Positions 29,621 through 39,464 of a DNA stretch of 64,000 nt are shown one piece after another. Origin of the DNA: Minisyncoccota bacterium. GTDB taxonomy: Bacteria > Patescibacteriota > Minisyncoccia > Phycocordibacterales > GCA-2747955. The notes below the pieces were generated by a model. That model was not told where the DNA came from. It did no database searches and was given only the letters and a program-made list of their open reading frames with translations. Positions within the stretch are counted from its first letter, which is position 1. Each line of letters starts with the position of its first letter. A program made the position numbers and the translations under genes. Location: assembly GCA_020628915.1 (NCBI GenBank), contig JAHDEI010000002.1, positions 7,153-71,152 on the forward strand, read 5' to 3'.

Positions 29621-31414
29621 CTATTTTTCCTTCATCATCCCGAGGAACACATCTTGTGGAATATTTACCTTCCCCATTCCCTTCATCTTTTTCTTTCCTT
29701 TTTTTTGTTTTTCTAAAAGTTTTTTCTTACGTGTAACATCTCCACCATACAGCTTCGCGGTTACATCCTTCCGGTATGCCTTTACTGTTTTTGAAGAAAT
29801 AATTCTTCCCAAAGCCTTTCCTTGGATCTTCATAACAAAGTTTTGGCGTGGCATGATTGCATGCAGTCTCTCTACAGCCTTTTCAGCCTCTTCATCTACA
29901 CGTTTTTTAGAAACAACTCGTGCGAACGCGACAACTGGTTCGTCTGCCACCAAAATATCCAGTCTGGTTACATCTGCATCACGATACTCTAGAGGCTCGT
30001 ATGACAAAGAGGCATATCCAGAAGTGACCGATTTTAATTCATCAAAAAATCCTCTCATCAGCTCTCTCTGTGGCATCTCACCCGAGATTTCAATTCGACC
30101 ATCACCAAAAACTACATTGTTATTAACAAATCCTTCGTGGTGGAAAAACATTTGTGAAATATCCCCTGCGTATTCTGACGGTGAATAAATTTTTACATTG
30201 ACCCATGGTTCGGTGATTGATGCAATCTGTCCGTGATCTGGGAAAAATGATGGGTTGTAAATCATTTCCTCTTCTCCACTCTTTTTAACAATTTTGTAAA
30301 TAATAGTTGGATGTGTGATTACCAGATCCAAATCAAATTCACGGCGTAATCGTTCTGTCACAATCTCAAGGTGCAACATCCCTAGAAACCCACACCTAAA
30401 ACCACGCCCCAAAGAACCCGATGTCTCTTCTTCGTAAGACAGCGACGAGTCCGTTAATTTTAATTTTTGTAGTGCTGGCTTGAGTAGATCAAAATCATCC
30501 TGTGATTCCGGATAAATAGAAGCCCATACAACCGGCCTAGGATTCTCGTATCCACCAAATGCCTCTAGGGTACTCTTTTGGTTAACAATGGTATCTCCCA
30601 CGGATGCGACACCTGGTTTTTTAATCCCTGTCACAATGTAGCCAATCTCACCAGCCACTAACTTTTCTTTAGGAACTTCTTCTGGAGAAAACGTTCCAAC
30701 CTCAAGTCCATTAAACTTCTCTCCAACAGCCTTAAACAACAACGAGGTATTTTTAGTAATTTCTCCATCAAGCACACGTACAAAAACTACAATACCTTTA
30801 TTGGGATGATACTTAAAATCAAATACAAGCGCACGAAAATCTTTTACTCCTTCATAGGTCACCTTGGGTGCTGGGACTTGCTCAATAACTTTTTCTAATA
30901 GCTCTGGCACTCCCGCACCGGTCTTACCTGATGTTTCAATAATGTCATCGAGATCAACATCCAAAAGGATTGCAACCTCCTCTTTTATTTCGTCTACCCT
31001 CGCCAACGGTGAATCAACTTTTGATAATGCAGGGATAATATGTAATCCAGCGTCTTGTGCCATCCGCAATGTTGTCAAAGTTTGAGCCTGAATACCTTGT
31101 GTTGCATCCACCAGTAAGACTGCTCCTTCTACTGCTTTCATGGCACGAGATACTTCATACGCAAAATCGATGTGTCCGGGTGTATCGATCAGGTTAAGTG
31201 CGTATTGCGTCCCATCATGTTCGTAATCCATTCGAACAGGCTGCATCTTGATGGTAATCCCTCTCTCACGTTCAAGTTCCATGGTATCAAGTACCTGGTC
31301 TTGCATCTTGCGAGCCTCAACCGTTGCGGTTGCCTCAAGCATTCGATCAGAAAGAGTTGATTTCCCGTGATCAATGTGCGCAATGATAGAAAAGTTTCGG
31401 ATATGTTCCAAATT
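29621..31414 (-). CDS. lepA: elongation factor 4 (LepA)
   Basis: 'IRNFSIIAHIDHGKSTLSDRML', 'DTPGHIDF', 'SKVD', LepA C-terminal domain; start at MNLEHIRNF. Confidence 0.93.
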   Translation of the reverse strand, partial: NLEHIRNFSIIAHIDHGKSTLSDRMLEATATVEARKMQDQVLDTMELERERGITIKMQPVRMDYEHDGTQYALNLIDTPGHIDFAYEVSRAMKAVEGAVLLVDATQGIQAQTLTTLRMAQDAGLHIIPALSKVDSPLARVDEIKEEVAILLDVDLDDIIETSGKTGAGVPELLEKVIEQVPAPKVTYEGVKDFRALVFDFKYHPNKGIVVFVRVLDGEITKNTSLLFKAVGEKFNGLEVGTFSPEEVPKEKLVAGEIGYIVTGIKKPGVASVGDTIVNQKSTLEAFGGYENPRPVVWASIYPESQDDFDLLKPALQKLKLTDSSLSYEEETSGSLGRGFRCGFLGMLHLEIVTERLRREFDLDLVITHPTIIYKIVKKSGEEEMIYNPSFFPDHGQIASITEPWVNVKIYSPSEYAGDISQMFFHHEGFVNNNVVFGDGRIEISGEMPQRELMRGFFDELKSVTSGYASLSYEPLEYRDADVTRLDILVADEPVVAFARVVSKKRVDEEAEKAVERLHAIMPRQNFVMKIQGKALGRIISSKTVKAYRKDVTAKLYGGDVTRKKKLLEKQKKGKKKMKGMGKVNIPQDVFLGMMKEK

Positions 31415-31454
31415 CATGGCAGTAGTATAGCAAATCATACAAATAAAAAAGCTC

Positions 31455-31802
31455 TCATGAAGAGAGCTTTTCAAATTCATCTCGCACCTTGTGACTCAAG
31501 CTGAAAGCTGTGATAAAACTGGCTGCCGACAAAAGCATCATGACCTGCGCACGACCTATATTGGGGCCGACCTCGTTTAGCCCAGAAAATGCATCGATAA
31601 ATGCAACACCCGCAATGCATATGAATATAGATATGAGATTTTTGTCTTCTGACGGACCTTCAATAAATCGAGTCGCAACAAACATTCCCAAGAGCATGAG
31701 CATGGTTAGTCCTGTGCTGAACGAGAACGGCATCATATAAACCACAATGGTCAATAATGCAAAATAGAAAAATCTATTTGAAATGAATAAACGCTGAGTC
31801 AA
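31455..31802 (-). CDS. hypothetical membrane protein
   Basis: 115 aa, 3 TM. Confidence 0.45.
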   Translation of the reverse strand: MTQRLFISNRFFYFALLTIVVYMMPFSFSTGLTMLMLLGMFVATRFIEGPSEDKNLISIFICIAGVAFIDAFSGLNEVGPNIGRAQVMMLLSAASFITAFSLSHKVRDEFEKLSS

Positions 31803-31916
31803 CTGAATTCTCCTTTATATTTTCTCAAAACCTAACAAAGACTATACCTGATGTCATAAAATTTGCAAAAACTGTGTCAATTGACAAATATTTTAATTCG
31901 TCTAAAATGCTTGTTT

Positions 31917-32618
31917 ATGTTTGACAAAATAGTCAAAAATAATCATAGCAATAGATTTTGGGCACTTACCATGACCGGTGCACTTCTTTTTGCATATACT
32001 CCAACTGCTATTGCAGAACCCCTACCCGTTACTGACCTCCCAGCAGGTTTTGCCGCTCTTGAAGAACCCCTATCTGAAGAAGATGACGAAGCTCCCTCGA
32101 TCTACGAACCTGCATTTGTTCCAAACACCATAACTGAACGGATTATTCTTGAAATCTCAAAAGACTATGACGTTGACCCATTTCTACTTAAAGAACAACT
32201 TTATATTTTCTCAGACTTTGTAAAACACCTAGAGAGTGATAACAAAAAGTCTGCAACAAACCAATACTCGGGCGCAATGTCTTATTACCAATTTTTGCCT
32301 GATTCAGTCGTAACAGCAGTTAATCGACTGGAAATTATCATGAAGCGCAATGGTATGGGTAGAGTCCCTGCATGGGCATCACGTGTTCACAAACACCCTG
32401 AGGAAATTTACGCACTTTCAATGCCACAACAACGACTCCTGATGCTTGCAAACATCATGAATCAAAAAGGAGCAATGGATTTGTTCGTTCAGTTGGGGAC
32501 CGGTGACAACGAAGCAGCAATTACGCTTTATTACAAATACCACCACACCGCCCCAGACCGAGCTACAAAAAACAGAACAAACCAGCTTTTCCCAAAATAC
32601 TTTCCAAAAACATTCTAA
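31917..32618 (+). CDS. secreted protein with lytic-transglycosylase-like motif
   Basis: Signal peptide ...ALLFAYTPTAIA|EP; 'HLESDN...YSGAMSYYQFLPDSV' resembles SLT-domain ES...G-x-M-Q-x-x-P-x-T pattern; start uncertain (31917 vs 31970). Confidence 0.5.
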   Translation: MFDKIVKNNHSNRFWALTMTGALLFAYTPTAIAEPLPVTDLPAGFAALEEPLSEEDDEAPSIYEPAFVPNTITERIILEISKDYDVDPFLLKEQLYIFSDFVKHLESDNKKSATNQYSGAMSYYQFLPDSVVTAVNRLEIIMKRNGMGRVPAWASRVHKHPEEIYALSMPQQRLLMLANIMNQKGAMDLFVQLGTGDNEAAITLYYKYHHTAPDRATKNRTNQLFPKYFPKTF

Positions 32619-32700
32619 AACACCACTTATGTGGCTGTTTTTTTATTGACTTAAAAAAGTTTTATATTATAATTTAATTAGAAAATGAAAGGAACCAACT

Positions 32701-32868
32701 ATGGGTAAACCACCGGTCTTATTTAGCGAAAATAAAGACATGGAACCTCGAGTACGAAAACGTAGTCAACGCATCACACTACTTGTATTCCTGATCTTTT
32801 TTGGAGCAATGATTATTTGTCGTATCATGGGTGAATCTTTGATACAAAAAATTGTAACCATGCTCTAG
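32701..32868 (+). CDS. possible 55-aa small membrane protein
   Basis: Manually found (MGKPPVLFSENKDMEPRVRKRSQRITLLVFLIFFGAMIICRIMGESLIQKIVTML); SD AAAGGAA; terminator 32870-32894 follows. Confidence 0.35.
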   Translation: MGKPPVLFSENKDMEPRVRKRSQRITLLVFLIFFGAMIICRIMGESLIQKIVTML

Positions 32869-32895
32869 ACAAAGCGGCGATGAGCCGCTTTTTTA

Positions 32896-32923
32896 TTGAC
32901 AAAAGTTTTATTTTAAGTATAAT
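32896..32923 (+). promoter_or_regulatory. sigma70-type promoter TTGACA-16-TATAAT
   Basis: Consensus hexamers; drives a ~170-nt leader then CDS at 33095. Confidence 0.6.
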
Positions 32924-33094
32924 ACCATATAGTCTATAGTCTCTCAGCTCCCCTCTTTCATAGAAAGGTTTACCGAAGGAATGCAGATTCCGGGGGAAGG
33001 TCTGAGTTAACGTATGTGAATTGCTGGTCGTTTTTACGTGGCTATCATATACGGACAATATTCTTAAAACAATATTGTCAAAGGAGACATAACA

Positions 33095-33412
33095 ATGGCT
33101 GACAAAGCTGAAACTCCCATTCGGGAGCTAAAAAGCAGCCATGACAAAGCGCATGCCCCTATGGGTAAAAGTTTTTTCATGGACTGCATCACTGGTGTAG
33201 TTTTTTCTTTAGGAATAATCTTCGCTGGTGGAATGATGTTCGTTAATTACTTAGATCGGACAAGTCATGTGACCTACACTGAGGCCGAATGGCTCGAGTG
33301 TGAGAATAAATTGCTAACAGGTGAACTGACTGGCACTTGTTTCTACGACGGCCCAGGCCACGTAGGACCAATTACTGCTCAGCACCAACTGATGGAGGCT
33401 CATCATGACTAA
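33095..33412 (+). CDS. small membrane protein
   Basis: 105 aa; SD AAAGGAG; translationally coupled (ATGA overlap) to the next ORF. Confidence 0.55.
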   Translation: MADKAETPIRELKSSHDKAHAPMGKSFFMDCITGVVFSLGIIFAGGMMFVNYLDRTSHVTYTEAEWLECENKLLTGELTGTCFYDGPGHVGPITAQHQLMEAHHD

Positions 33413-33521
33413 TCAACCAATCAGGAACCGTATCGTCTTTGGCATAACCAAAGTTATGATCGGATTTACGTTGATATTTACCGTCTGGGCATTCATTGCC
33501 ACAGGAGGCCGTCATGTCTGA
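33405..33521 (+). CDS. possible 38-aa membrane peptide (MTNQPIRNRIVFGITKVMIGFTLIFTVWAFIATGGRHV)
   Basis: Manually found; ATGA start/stop overlap with upstream gene and ATGTCTGA overlap with downstream gene. Confidence 0.35.
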   Translation: MTNQPIRNRIVFGITKVMIGFTLIFTVWAFIATGGRHV

Positions 33522-34512
33522 TCTCACATATGATGAAACTGATCCAGTGGTCCAGTGGCTAAACAGAAGATCCAAGCCAGTTGCTTTCGCAGCTGTGGGA
33601 GGTATCTATCTGCTGGACTTGATACATGCAATCTGGTGGCACAGCTGGAACATTATCCTAGGACGCACGTTCTTGGGTAAATGTTTACGGATCTTGATTA
33701 TCTCTTTTGTGATGTTGTCTCTTTATGGGACATACGAGCATCACAAAGAGAAACATCAGGATGCTCAATCTGTGATTACGCAACAGGCTTCGGATGTTGA
33801 ATACGCACAGCACGTGCGGAGTCGCATCGCCAATGGTGCTGTCATTACTGATGGCGCAGAACTTGCTCAAGTTACCGACGAGAACGGAGAAATCCTTCTT
33901 GATGCAAAACTAGCTGGTTACCACCAAGAGAATGCTGAGTTACTGTTTGCAGAGACCGTTGAAGGAATCCGTAAAAAGCTGAATGTTCCAATTGATAGCA
34001 AGACAGCGTACAAAAACGCATACCAGTTCTTTTGCTTTAAACAAGCGGCTGAATCTGGTAATTGCTATAAAGACGAGCGCGGCAACTGGCACGTAATCTC
34101 TGAGACTGGTGCCCACAGCACCATGCAGTGGATCGAATCCACCGCTGAAGAGGTTGTGGGCTTCCGTCTCGACGGATACATTGCCAAACTCAATCTGACT
34201 GCCGATATTTCTCAGCTCAAGCGAGTTGAAGAAAATGGAGCTGCCGTATATGGTCTTAATTATTACTACCAGTACAGCATGGCCCTCATGTATCTCTACT
34301 CATGGAGTGAGATCTATCCAAAAATGGGCCCGGGAAACATTCAGTCACGCAAGCGTGTTCAGGGATTAATCTACAACATCTTATCTGGCGATACTTCGTT
34401 GGATGTCTATGAAGCAGCGTATATGCAGCACTGTCGGTGTGAATACACAGCTGACGTTAAAGCAAACATACGTCGCGGATATAGATTAATTATTGGAGAT
34501 AAACAATCATGA
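33514..34512 (+). CDS. hypothetical membrane-anchored protein
   Basis: 332 aa from MSDLTYDE; two N-terminal TM helices then ~250-aa soluble domain; terminator 34521-34553. Confidence 0.55.
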   Translation: MSDLTYDETDPVVQWLNRRSKPVAFAAVGGIYLLDLIHAIWWHSWNIILGRTFLGKCLRILIISFVMLSLYGTYEHHKEKHQDAQSVITQQASDVEYAQHVRSRIANGAVITDGAELAQVTDENGEILLDAKLAGYHQENAELLFAETVEGIRKKLNVPIDSKTAYKNAYQFFCFKQAAESGNCYKDERGNWHVISETGAHSTMQWIESTAEEVVGFRLDGYIAKLNLTADISQLKRVEENGAAVYGLNYYYQYSMALMYLYSWSEIYPKMGPGNIQSRKRVQGLIYNILSGDTSLDVYEAAYMQHCRCEYTADVKANIRRGYRLIIGDKQS

Positions 34513-34555
34513 AAAATTAAAGGCCAATCGTTTCACGATTGGCCTCTTTTTTTAT

Positions 34556-35011
34556 TTAACTTTTTAGTATTTGGAGCGCATCCAGTGCACGAACCCGAAC
34601 ATTTTCTAAAATATTTTCAGATGTCTCTAATTCTTCCTTAGACAACCAAACAAAATCTGTACTTTCTCCCTCCTCTGGGTTCAGTTCAGTGGTTAACGCA
34701 CGTGCATAGTACTCAAAAGACATGTGCTCATGAAATTCATTGATCCTATGCAAGTTACAATTAGAGCCCGTATTGATATCGCGTGATCCATCAGGGTAAA
34801 CCCTCTCTTCACCTTTTGGGTTGTACAACTCTACAGAAAGCCCTGTCTCTTCTGCGATCTCACGTAAGGCTGCTTCTGCTGGCGTTTCGTCCCTATCAAT
34901 GTGCCCACCAACAGCTAAGAGTATTTTAAGTTTTTTATGTGCATGCAATAAGATTCTATTTTCATGCACGATGTACACTGCGGTAGTAAAATGTCTTGTC
35001 ACCTCAGTCAT
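34556..35011 (-). CDS. Nudix hydrolase
   Basis: Nudix box 'GGHIDRDETPAEAALREIAEETGL'. Confidence 0.85.
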   Translation of the reverse strand: MTEVTRHFTTAVYIVHENRILLHAHKKLKILLAVGGHIDRDETPAEAALREIAEETGLSVELYNPKGEERVYPDGSRDINTGSNCNLHRINEFHEHMSFEYYARALTTELNPEEGESTDFVWLSKEELETSENILENVRVRALDALQILKS

Positions 35012-35020
35012 AAATAGTTA

Positions 35021-37486
35021 TTAGAAGCGAACAAACGATGCAACAGAATCTCCTTCTCTTAGTTTCATAATTCTCACCCCTTGAGTGTCTCGTCCTAGCG
35101 TCGAAATTTCGTCTAATGCGATTCGAATGACTTGAGAATTTTGCGACATCGCAATCAGCTCTGCATGGTCTACGGTCACAACACGCGCACCCACCACGTC
35201 TCCGGTCTTGTCAGAAACCTTTAATGTCTTGATTCCTGATCCACCACGACCCTGCACCTTATACTCTGAGAGTTTCGTCTTCTTTCCGTATCCATTTTCA
35301 GAAACGACCAATACTTCGTTTTCGTGCATTTCTGGAGTAATAATCGCCATAGATACCACATGATCTCCCTCTTTGCCAAGTTTCACTCCACGAACACCAG
35401 CAGCAGTCCGACCCATTTCTCGAATATCGTCTTCTTTGAATCTAATTGATTGCCCTTTTCTTGTGGTTAACATCACCTCATCTTTCTTGCAAACAAATCG
35501 AGCATCCATCAGTTCGTCATCTCCTTTTAGTTTAATTGCAATTAGTCCATTGGCCCTAATGCCCCCAAATGCAGCAGCTTCTGTTTTCTTGATAGTTCCG
35601 TCTCTTGTTACCATCATAAGTGAATCAACACACTCTTTTTTGTCTTTCGTGAGAGCAAGAACAGACGTAATACGCTCTTCTCCTTCTAGTGGCAAGAAAT
35701 TAGCAATAAATTTACCTTTTGTTGCGCGTCTTCCTTCTGGAATATCGTACATTTTCGTAACGTAAACTTTTCCTTTTGACGAGAAGAACAGCACATCTGC
35801 ATGTGTTGATGTGGTGATAAATTCAGAAACAACATCTTCGTCTTTAGTGTTCATGTCTACAACACCTACTCCACCACGTTTTTGCGCCTTGAACTCTTTT
35901 GGATTAGTTCGCTTGATGTATCCACCTGTTGTTAAGATCATTGTCGTGTCTTCTTCAGGAATAAGGTCTTCAACTGAAATTTCTCCCACCGCACCAGCAA
36001 CAACCTTGGTTCTTCGTTCATCTCCGTATTTCTCAGACACTTCTTGTAGCTGCTCTTTGATAATCGCAAGCACTTTTTTAGGATCAGCAAGAATTGCTTT
36101 GAGGTCTTTGATAAGTTTTTTAAGTTCTTTTAGTTCATCCTCAATTTTTTGTCGTTCAAGTGCCGCCAATTTTTGCAATCGCATTTGCAAAATTGCCTCT
36201 GCCTGAACTTCAGAGAATTTAAACTTTTTCATCAAATTAGTATGCGCATCGTTTCTATCTTTTGATTTCTTAATTAATGCAATAATCTCATCGATGTGAT
36301 CAAGTGCTTTTTTAAGCCCTTCTAAAATATGCGCTCTTGCTTCTGCTTTCTTGAGATCAAATTCTGTTGCTCGCGTTACAACCTCCTGCCTATGCTTAAT
36401 AAACTCCTGCAGGGTTGATTTAAGATTCATCAATTGAGGCACGCCATCAACAAGCATCACCATATTGAAATTAAAGTTATCTTCTAGCTGCGTATTTTTA
36501 TACAGTGTATTCAAGACCTTTTGTGCTTGCACTCCACGTTTTAGCTCGACAACAATTCGAATGTCGTCTGTTGATTCATCACGTAAATCTTTGAGTCCTA
36601 CGATTTTTTTATCACGCACCAGTGCCGCGATCTTTTCAACCAGATTTGACTTGTTAACTCGGAATGGAATAGAAGTAATCACAATCTGAGAAGAACCTTT
36701 TTCGCCTTCAACAATTTCTGTGTCTCCCCTAGCTACCACTCGACCACGGCCAGTTTCGTATGCCTCAAGGATATCTTTTTTATTAAAAATAGTTGCTCCC
36801 AATGGGAAATCAGGACCTTTTATGTGTTTCATCAAGTCTTTTGTAGAGAGATCTGGATTATCAACGAGATCAGCTGTAGCATCACATACCTCAGCAAGGT
36901 TATGGGGTGGAATATTTGTAGCCATCCCAACTGCGATCCCAAGACCACCATTTAACAGAACATTTGGTACGCGAGTTGGCAAAACTGTTGGTTCTTTTTT
37001 TGATCCGTCAAAGTTAGGAGCAAAATCTACAGTCTCTTTTCCAATATCAGCTAGCAATTCTGATGAAATTTTTTGCATCTTTGCTTCGGTATAACGATAT
37101 GCTGCAGCAGAGTCCCCATCAATAGAACCAAAGTTACCTTGCCCCCACACTAATGGATACCGTGTCGTAAAATCCTGCGCTAAACCAACCATCGAGTCAT
37201 ACACAGACGAGTCACCATGCGGGTGGTACTTACCTAGCACGTCTCCTACCACTGTTGCTGATTTTTTGAATTTTGCAGATGAGTTAAGTCCTGCCTCATG
37301 CATCGCGTAAATAATGCGTCTATGCACTGGCTTGAGACCATCTCGCACATCAGGCAGCGCTCTAGATGTGATAACAGACATCGCATAGTCAAGATACGAT
37401 TTCTTCATTTGTTGTGTGATATCTTCGGTAACAATTTGTTCCCCAACAATTACTTCATTATTTTTGTCTTCTTTCTTTTTTGCCAT
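35021..37486 (-). CDS. gyrA: DNA gyrase subunit A
   Basis: '[33 protein letters not shown]' with active-site Tyr region; 821 aa with beta-pinwheel C-terminal repeats. Confidence 0.95.
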   Translation of the reverse strand: MAKKKEDKNNEVIVGEQIVTEDITQQMKKSYLDYAMSVITSRALPDVRDGLKPVHRRIIYAMHEAGLNSSAKFKKSATVVGDVLGKYHPHGDSSVYDSMVGLAQDFTTRYPLVWGQGNFGSIDGDSAAAYRYTEAKMQKISSELLADIGKETVDFAPNFDGSKKEPTVLPTRVPNVLLNGGLGIAVGMATNIPPHNLAEVCDATADLVDNPDLSTKDLMKHIKGPDFPLGATIFNKKDILEAYETGRGRVVARGDTEIVEGEKGSSQIVITSIPFRVNKSNLVEKIAALVRDKKIVGLKDLRDESTDDIRIVVELKRGVQAQKVLNTLYKNTQLEDNFNFNMVMLVDGVPQLMNLKSTLQEFIKHRQEVVTRATEFDLKKAEARAHILEGLKKALDHIDEIIALIKKSKDRNDAHTNLMKKFKFSEVQAEAILQMRLQKLAALERQKIEDELKELKKLIKDLKAILADPKKVLAIIKEQLQEVSEKYGDERRTKVVAGAVGEISVEDLIPEEDTTMILTTGGYIKRTNPKEFKAQKRGGVGVVDMNTKDEDVVSEFITTSTHADVLFFSSKGKVYVTKMYDIPEGRRATKGKFIANFLPLEGEERITSVLALTKDKKECVDSLMMVTRDGTIKKTEAAAFGGIRANGLIAIKLKGDDELMDARFVCKKDEVMLTTRKGQSIRFKEDDIREMGRTAAGVRGVKLGKEGDHVVSMAIITPEMHENEVLVVSENGYGKKTKLSEYKVQGRGGSGIKTLKVSDKTGDVVGARVVTVDHAELIAMSQNSQVIRIALDEISTLGRDTQGVRIMKLREGDSVASFVRF

Positions 37487-37496
37487 ATTTACTTAC

Positions 37497-38117
37497 TTAC
37501 GCTTGCTTCAGTGCTACTACCTTGGTTGCTTCGGTCATGAAGTCTTTCTTCTTAAGAGTCAATTTGTCTTCATATGTTGGTTCTTGTCCAAATGATTTAA
37601 AAAACGCCTCTGCTGCCTTTTTCTCTCCGGTGAGGGGCACAATATATTGAGGTGAGAATTTTTTAACAAACGTCGCTGCCTCAACTGCCTCCATCACGTT
37701 GTCACCATTTACCGGAACAAAAATGATATTTGCTTGGTACAGCTCTTCCGAAGCCTCCTCAGAGACTTGCTTGTCAAAAATTGGCCCGCAGAATAACAGG
37801 TTTGCGTTTTCAAGAACAAGAGAATACATCGTTCCATGCGAAACTGATTTGTCATATTTCGTTGGTACCCGATACCCCTTAATAAAAACATCTCTAACCT
37901 CGTACTCACCCGGCCCTTTCGCAACCACAGTTTCTTTACCCTTTGATTTCATGAGTTCTTCGCCGTTAAAATCAGGGTGTCGCAACTGAATTAGTGCAAT
38001 ATCTGCACCAAATCTTGTCTCTTTTTTCTTTGATTGTTTTGAAATTGGGTTGATTCCAATTGTCAGATCACCCGAGCTTATCTTAAAAAAATAGTCGTCT
38101 AATTTCTGTATTACCAT
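37497..38117 (-). CDS. hypothetical protein, possibly MBL-fold hydrolase-like
   Basis: 206 aa; weak resemblance to metal-dependent hydrolases, no clear HxHxDH motif. Confidence 0.4.
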   Translation of the reverse strand: MVIQKLDDYFFKISSGDLTIGINPISKQSKKKETRFGADIALIQLRHPDFNGEELMKSKGKETVVAKGPGEYEVRDVFIKGYRVPTKYDKSVSHGTMYSLVLENANLLFCGPIFDKQVSEEASEELYQANIIFVPVNGDNVMEAVEAATFVKKFSPQYIVPLTGEKKAAEAFFKSFGQEPTYEDKLTLKKKDFMTEATKVVALKQA

Positions 38118-38159
38118 ATAGCCTCCATTATAGCATTTTCAAGCCTATTTTCAGCCTAT

Positions 38160-38184
38160 TTTTGGGGAAATAGGGCAATAAAAA
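38160..38184. repeat. 25-nt exact direct repeat copy 1 (ttttggggaaatagggcaataaaaa)
   Basis: Identical to 38724-38748; contains hairpin ctattt-ttgggg-aaatag. Confidence 0.8.
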
Positions 38185-38258
38185 CCACTGCTAACTAAAG
38201 ACCATTACTCCTCCTAAAACAAAGTACTGAATGCACCCCAACGCAAACAAAAAAGTTC

Positions 38259-38666
38259 CTAAAAATAAATTAATAATGAACGGTTTATCAATTTTTTTTT
38301 AAAAAACAAAACACCTACATAAACTAGATAGAACAAAAATAGTCCAACAATATACCAAATGTCATAAATCATGATCAGCGGGAAGCTCGCAACGAGAAAA
38401 GTTCCTACGATCAAGACCATGGTTGCAACCCTATACTTAATAAACGAAATGTTGCTTATTCTTATCATGATAAGTGCAAATATGTATATCAAAAATACAG
38501 AAAAAGACAGGAGAATTAGCAACGCCTTCAAAGTACCACCCCATGGCGACCAGTCCATATTTGGACCTTGAACGAAGATGGATGCTGGCTCAAGAAACGC
38601 AATCAAGAAAGGAAGGACGAAGGACACGATACCAATCCCGATAAAAATTAGTCTGAAATTATTCAT
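38259..38666 (-). CDS. hypothetical integral membrane protein
   Basis: 135 aa, 4 TM; flanked by the two repeat copies. Confidence 0.5.
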   Translation of the reverse strand: MNNFRLIFIGIGIVSFVLPFLIAFLEPASIFVQGPNMDWSPWGGTLKALLILLSFSVFLIYIFALIMIRISNISFIKYRVATMVLIVGTFLVASFPLIMIYDIWYIVGLFLFYLVYVGVLFFKKKLINRSLLIYF

Positions 38667-38723
38667 CCAAAAATTATATCACTTTCCAAATAATGACACG
38701 TTTATGTCAACGCATGGGTTATT

Positions 38724-38748
38724 TTTTGGGGAAATAGGGCAATAAAAA
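38724..38748. repeat. 25-nt exact direct repeat copy 2
   Basis: See copy 1; immediately adjacent to terminator hairpin 38749-38767. Confidence 0.8.
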
Positions 38749-38867
38749 AGCCGCACATTTGCGGCTTTAACGACCTAATATTCCTGCAATCCCAATTGCT
38801 GAAACTACAAGAAATAAATAAAGAACAATCTCTAATGTCGAACCCACGATATATCCCGCCTACTCAA

Positions 38868-39029
38868 TCACAATTGTGATAATGCTGGGATAATACCGAA
38901 ATGAACTGCCCATACAACAAAACTGACCGCGATGAAAGGCAAAATCTCGTGTGAGATATCGATGCACAACTGTTTCCAATCTCTACTTGTCATATCACGA
39001 ATCCTGTCTGGATAATCATAATCTGTCAT
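38868..39029 (-). CDS. small membrane peptide 3 of tri-cistronic operon (53 aa)
   Basis: Manually found. Translates to MTDYDYPDRIRDMTSRDWKQLCIDISHEILPFIAVSFVVWAVHFGIIPALSQL, with SD GAGGGG 6 nt upstream and an ATGA overlap with the upstream ORF stop. Confidence 0.45.
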   Translation of the reverse strand: MTDYDYPDRIRDMTSRDWKQLCIDISHEILPFIAVSFVVWAVHFGIIPALSQL

Positions 39030-39172
39030 TTATTACCCCTCACTATTGAACCCATTTTGTTCCAGGCCCACTTGACCAAAGGCAGTAAGATATCTATGAA
39101 GCAAAGGATGATCAATCCCAACACAACTATACATATTTCTCCGGCGAGCTTCCAGATCTTTTCTTTATTCAT
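39026..39172 (-). CDS. small membrane peptide 2 (48 aa, MNKEKIWKLAGEICIVVLGLIILCFIDILLPLVKWAWNKMGSIVRGNK)
   Basis: Perfect SD AAGGAGG upstream of ATGATG; part of ORF-track ORF 39026..39256. Confidence 0.5.
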   Translation of the reverse strand: MNKEKIWKLAGEICIVVLGLIILCFIDILLPLVKWAWNKMGSIVRGNK

Positions 39173-39374
39173 CATGTACCTCCTTTCCTTTCTTGAGTCC
39201 TGTTTTTCTAAGAATTTTTTCTCTGTTAATCTGGCCACGCTTTTTAAGGCGCGCATCCATCATTTCTAGTTGTCTCAATTCTCGACGCCAACCCCGAAAG
39301 GTAAACAGCCAGAAAAATACAGAGAGTACAACGCGGGCGAATTCAATGAATAATACACCAAAAAATTTGTACAT
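39165..39374 (-). CDS. small membrane peptide 1 (69 aa; TM helix + basic tail)
   Basis: ORF-track ORF with strong SD AGGAGG 4 nt upstream. Confidence 0.5.
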   Translation of the reverse strand: MYKFFGVLFIEFARVVLSVFFWLFTFRGWRRELRQLEMMDARLKKRGQINREKILRKTGLKKGKEVHDE

Positions 39375-39464
39375 AAGACCTCCTAATTTTATTATACAAT
39401 CTTTTTTAGATAAGTAAAAAGCTGCACAACAATGGTTGTACAGCTTGGACTAATGGTCTTTTTA

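Noticed and set aside
32825-33058. 77-aa minus-strand ORF
   Set aside because: Overlaps a consensus plus-strand promoter, a terminator and a plus-strand small ORF; no SD; likely spurious.
38156-38748. Possible CRISPR array from the 25-nt repeats
   Set aside because: Only two copies ~560 bp apart with a full gene between them; no regular repeat-spacer periodicity; no cas genes in the window.
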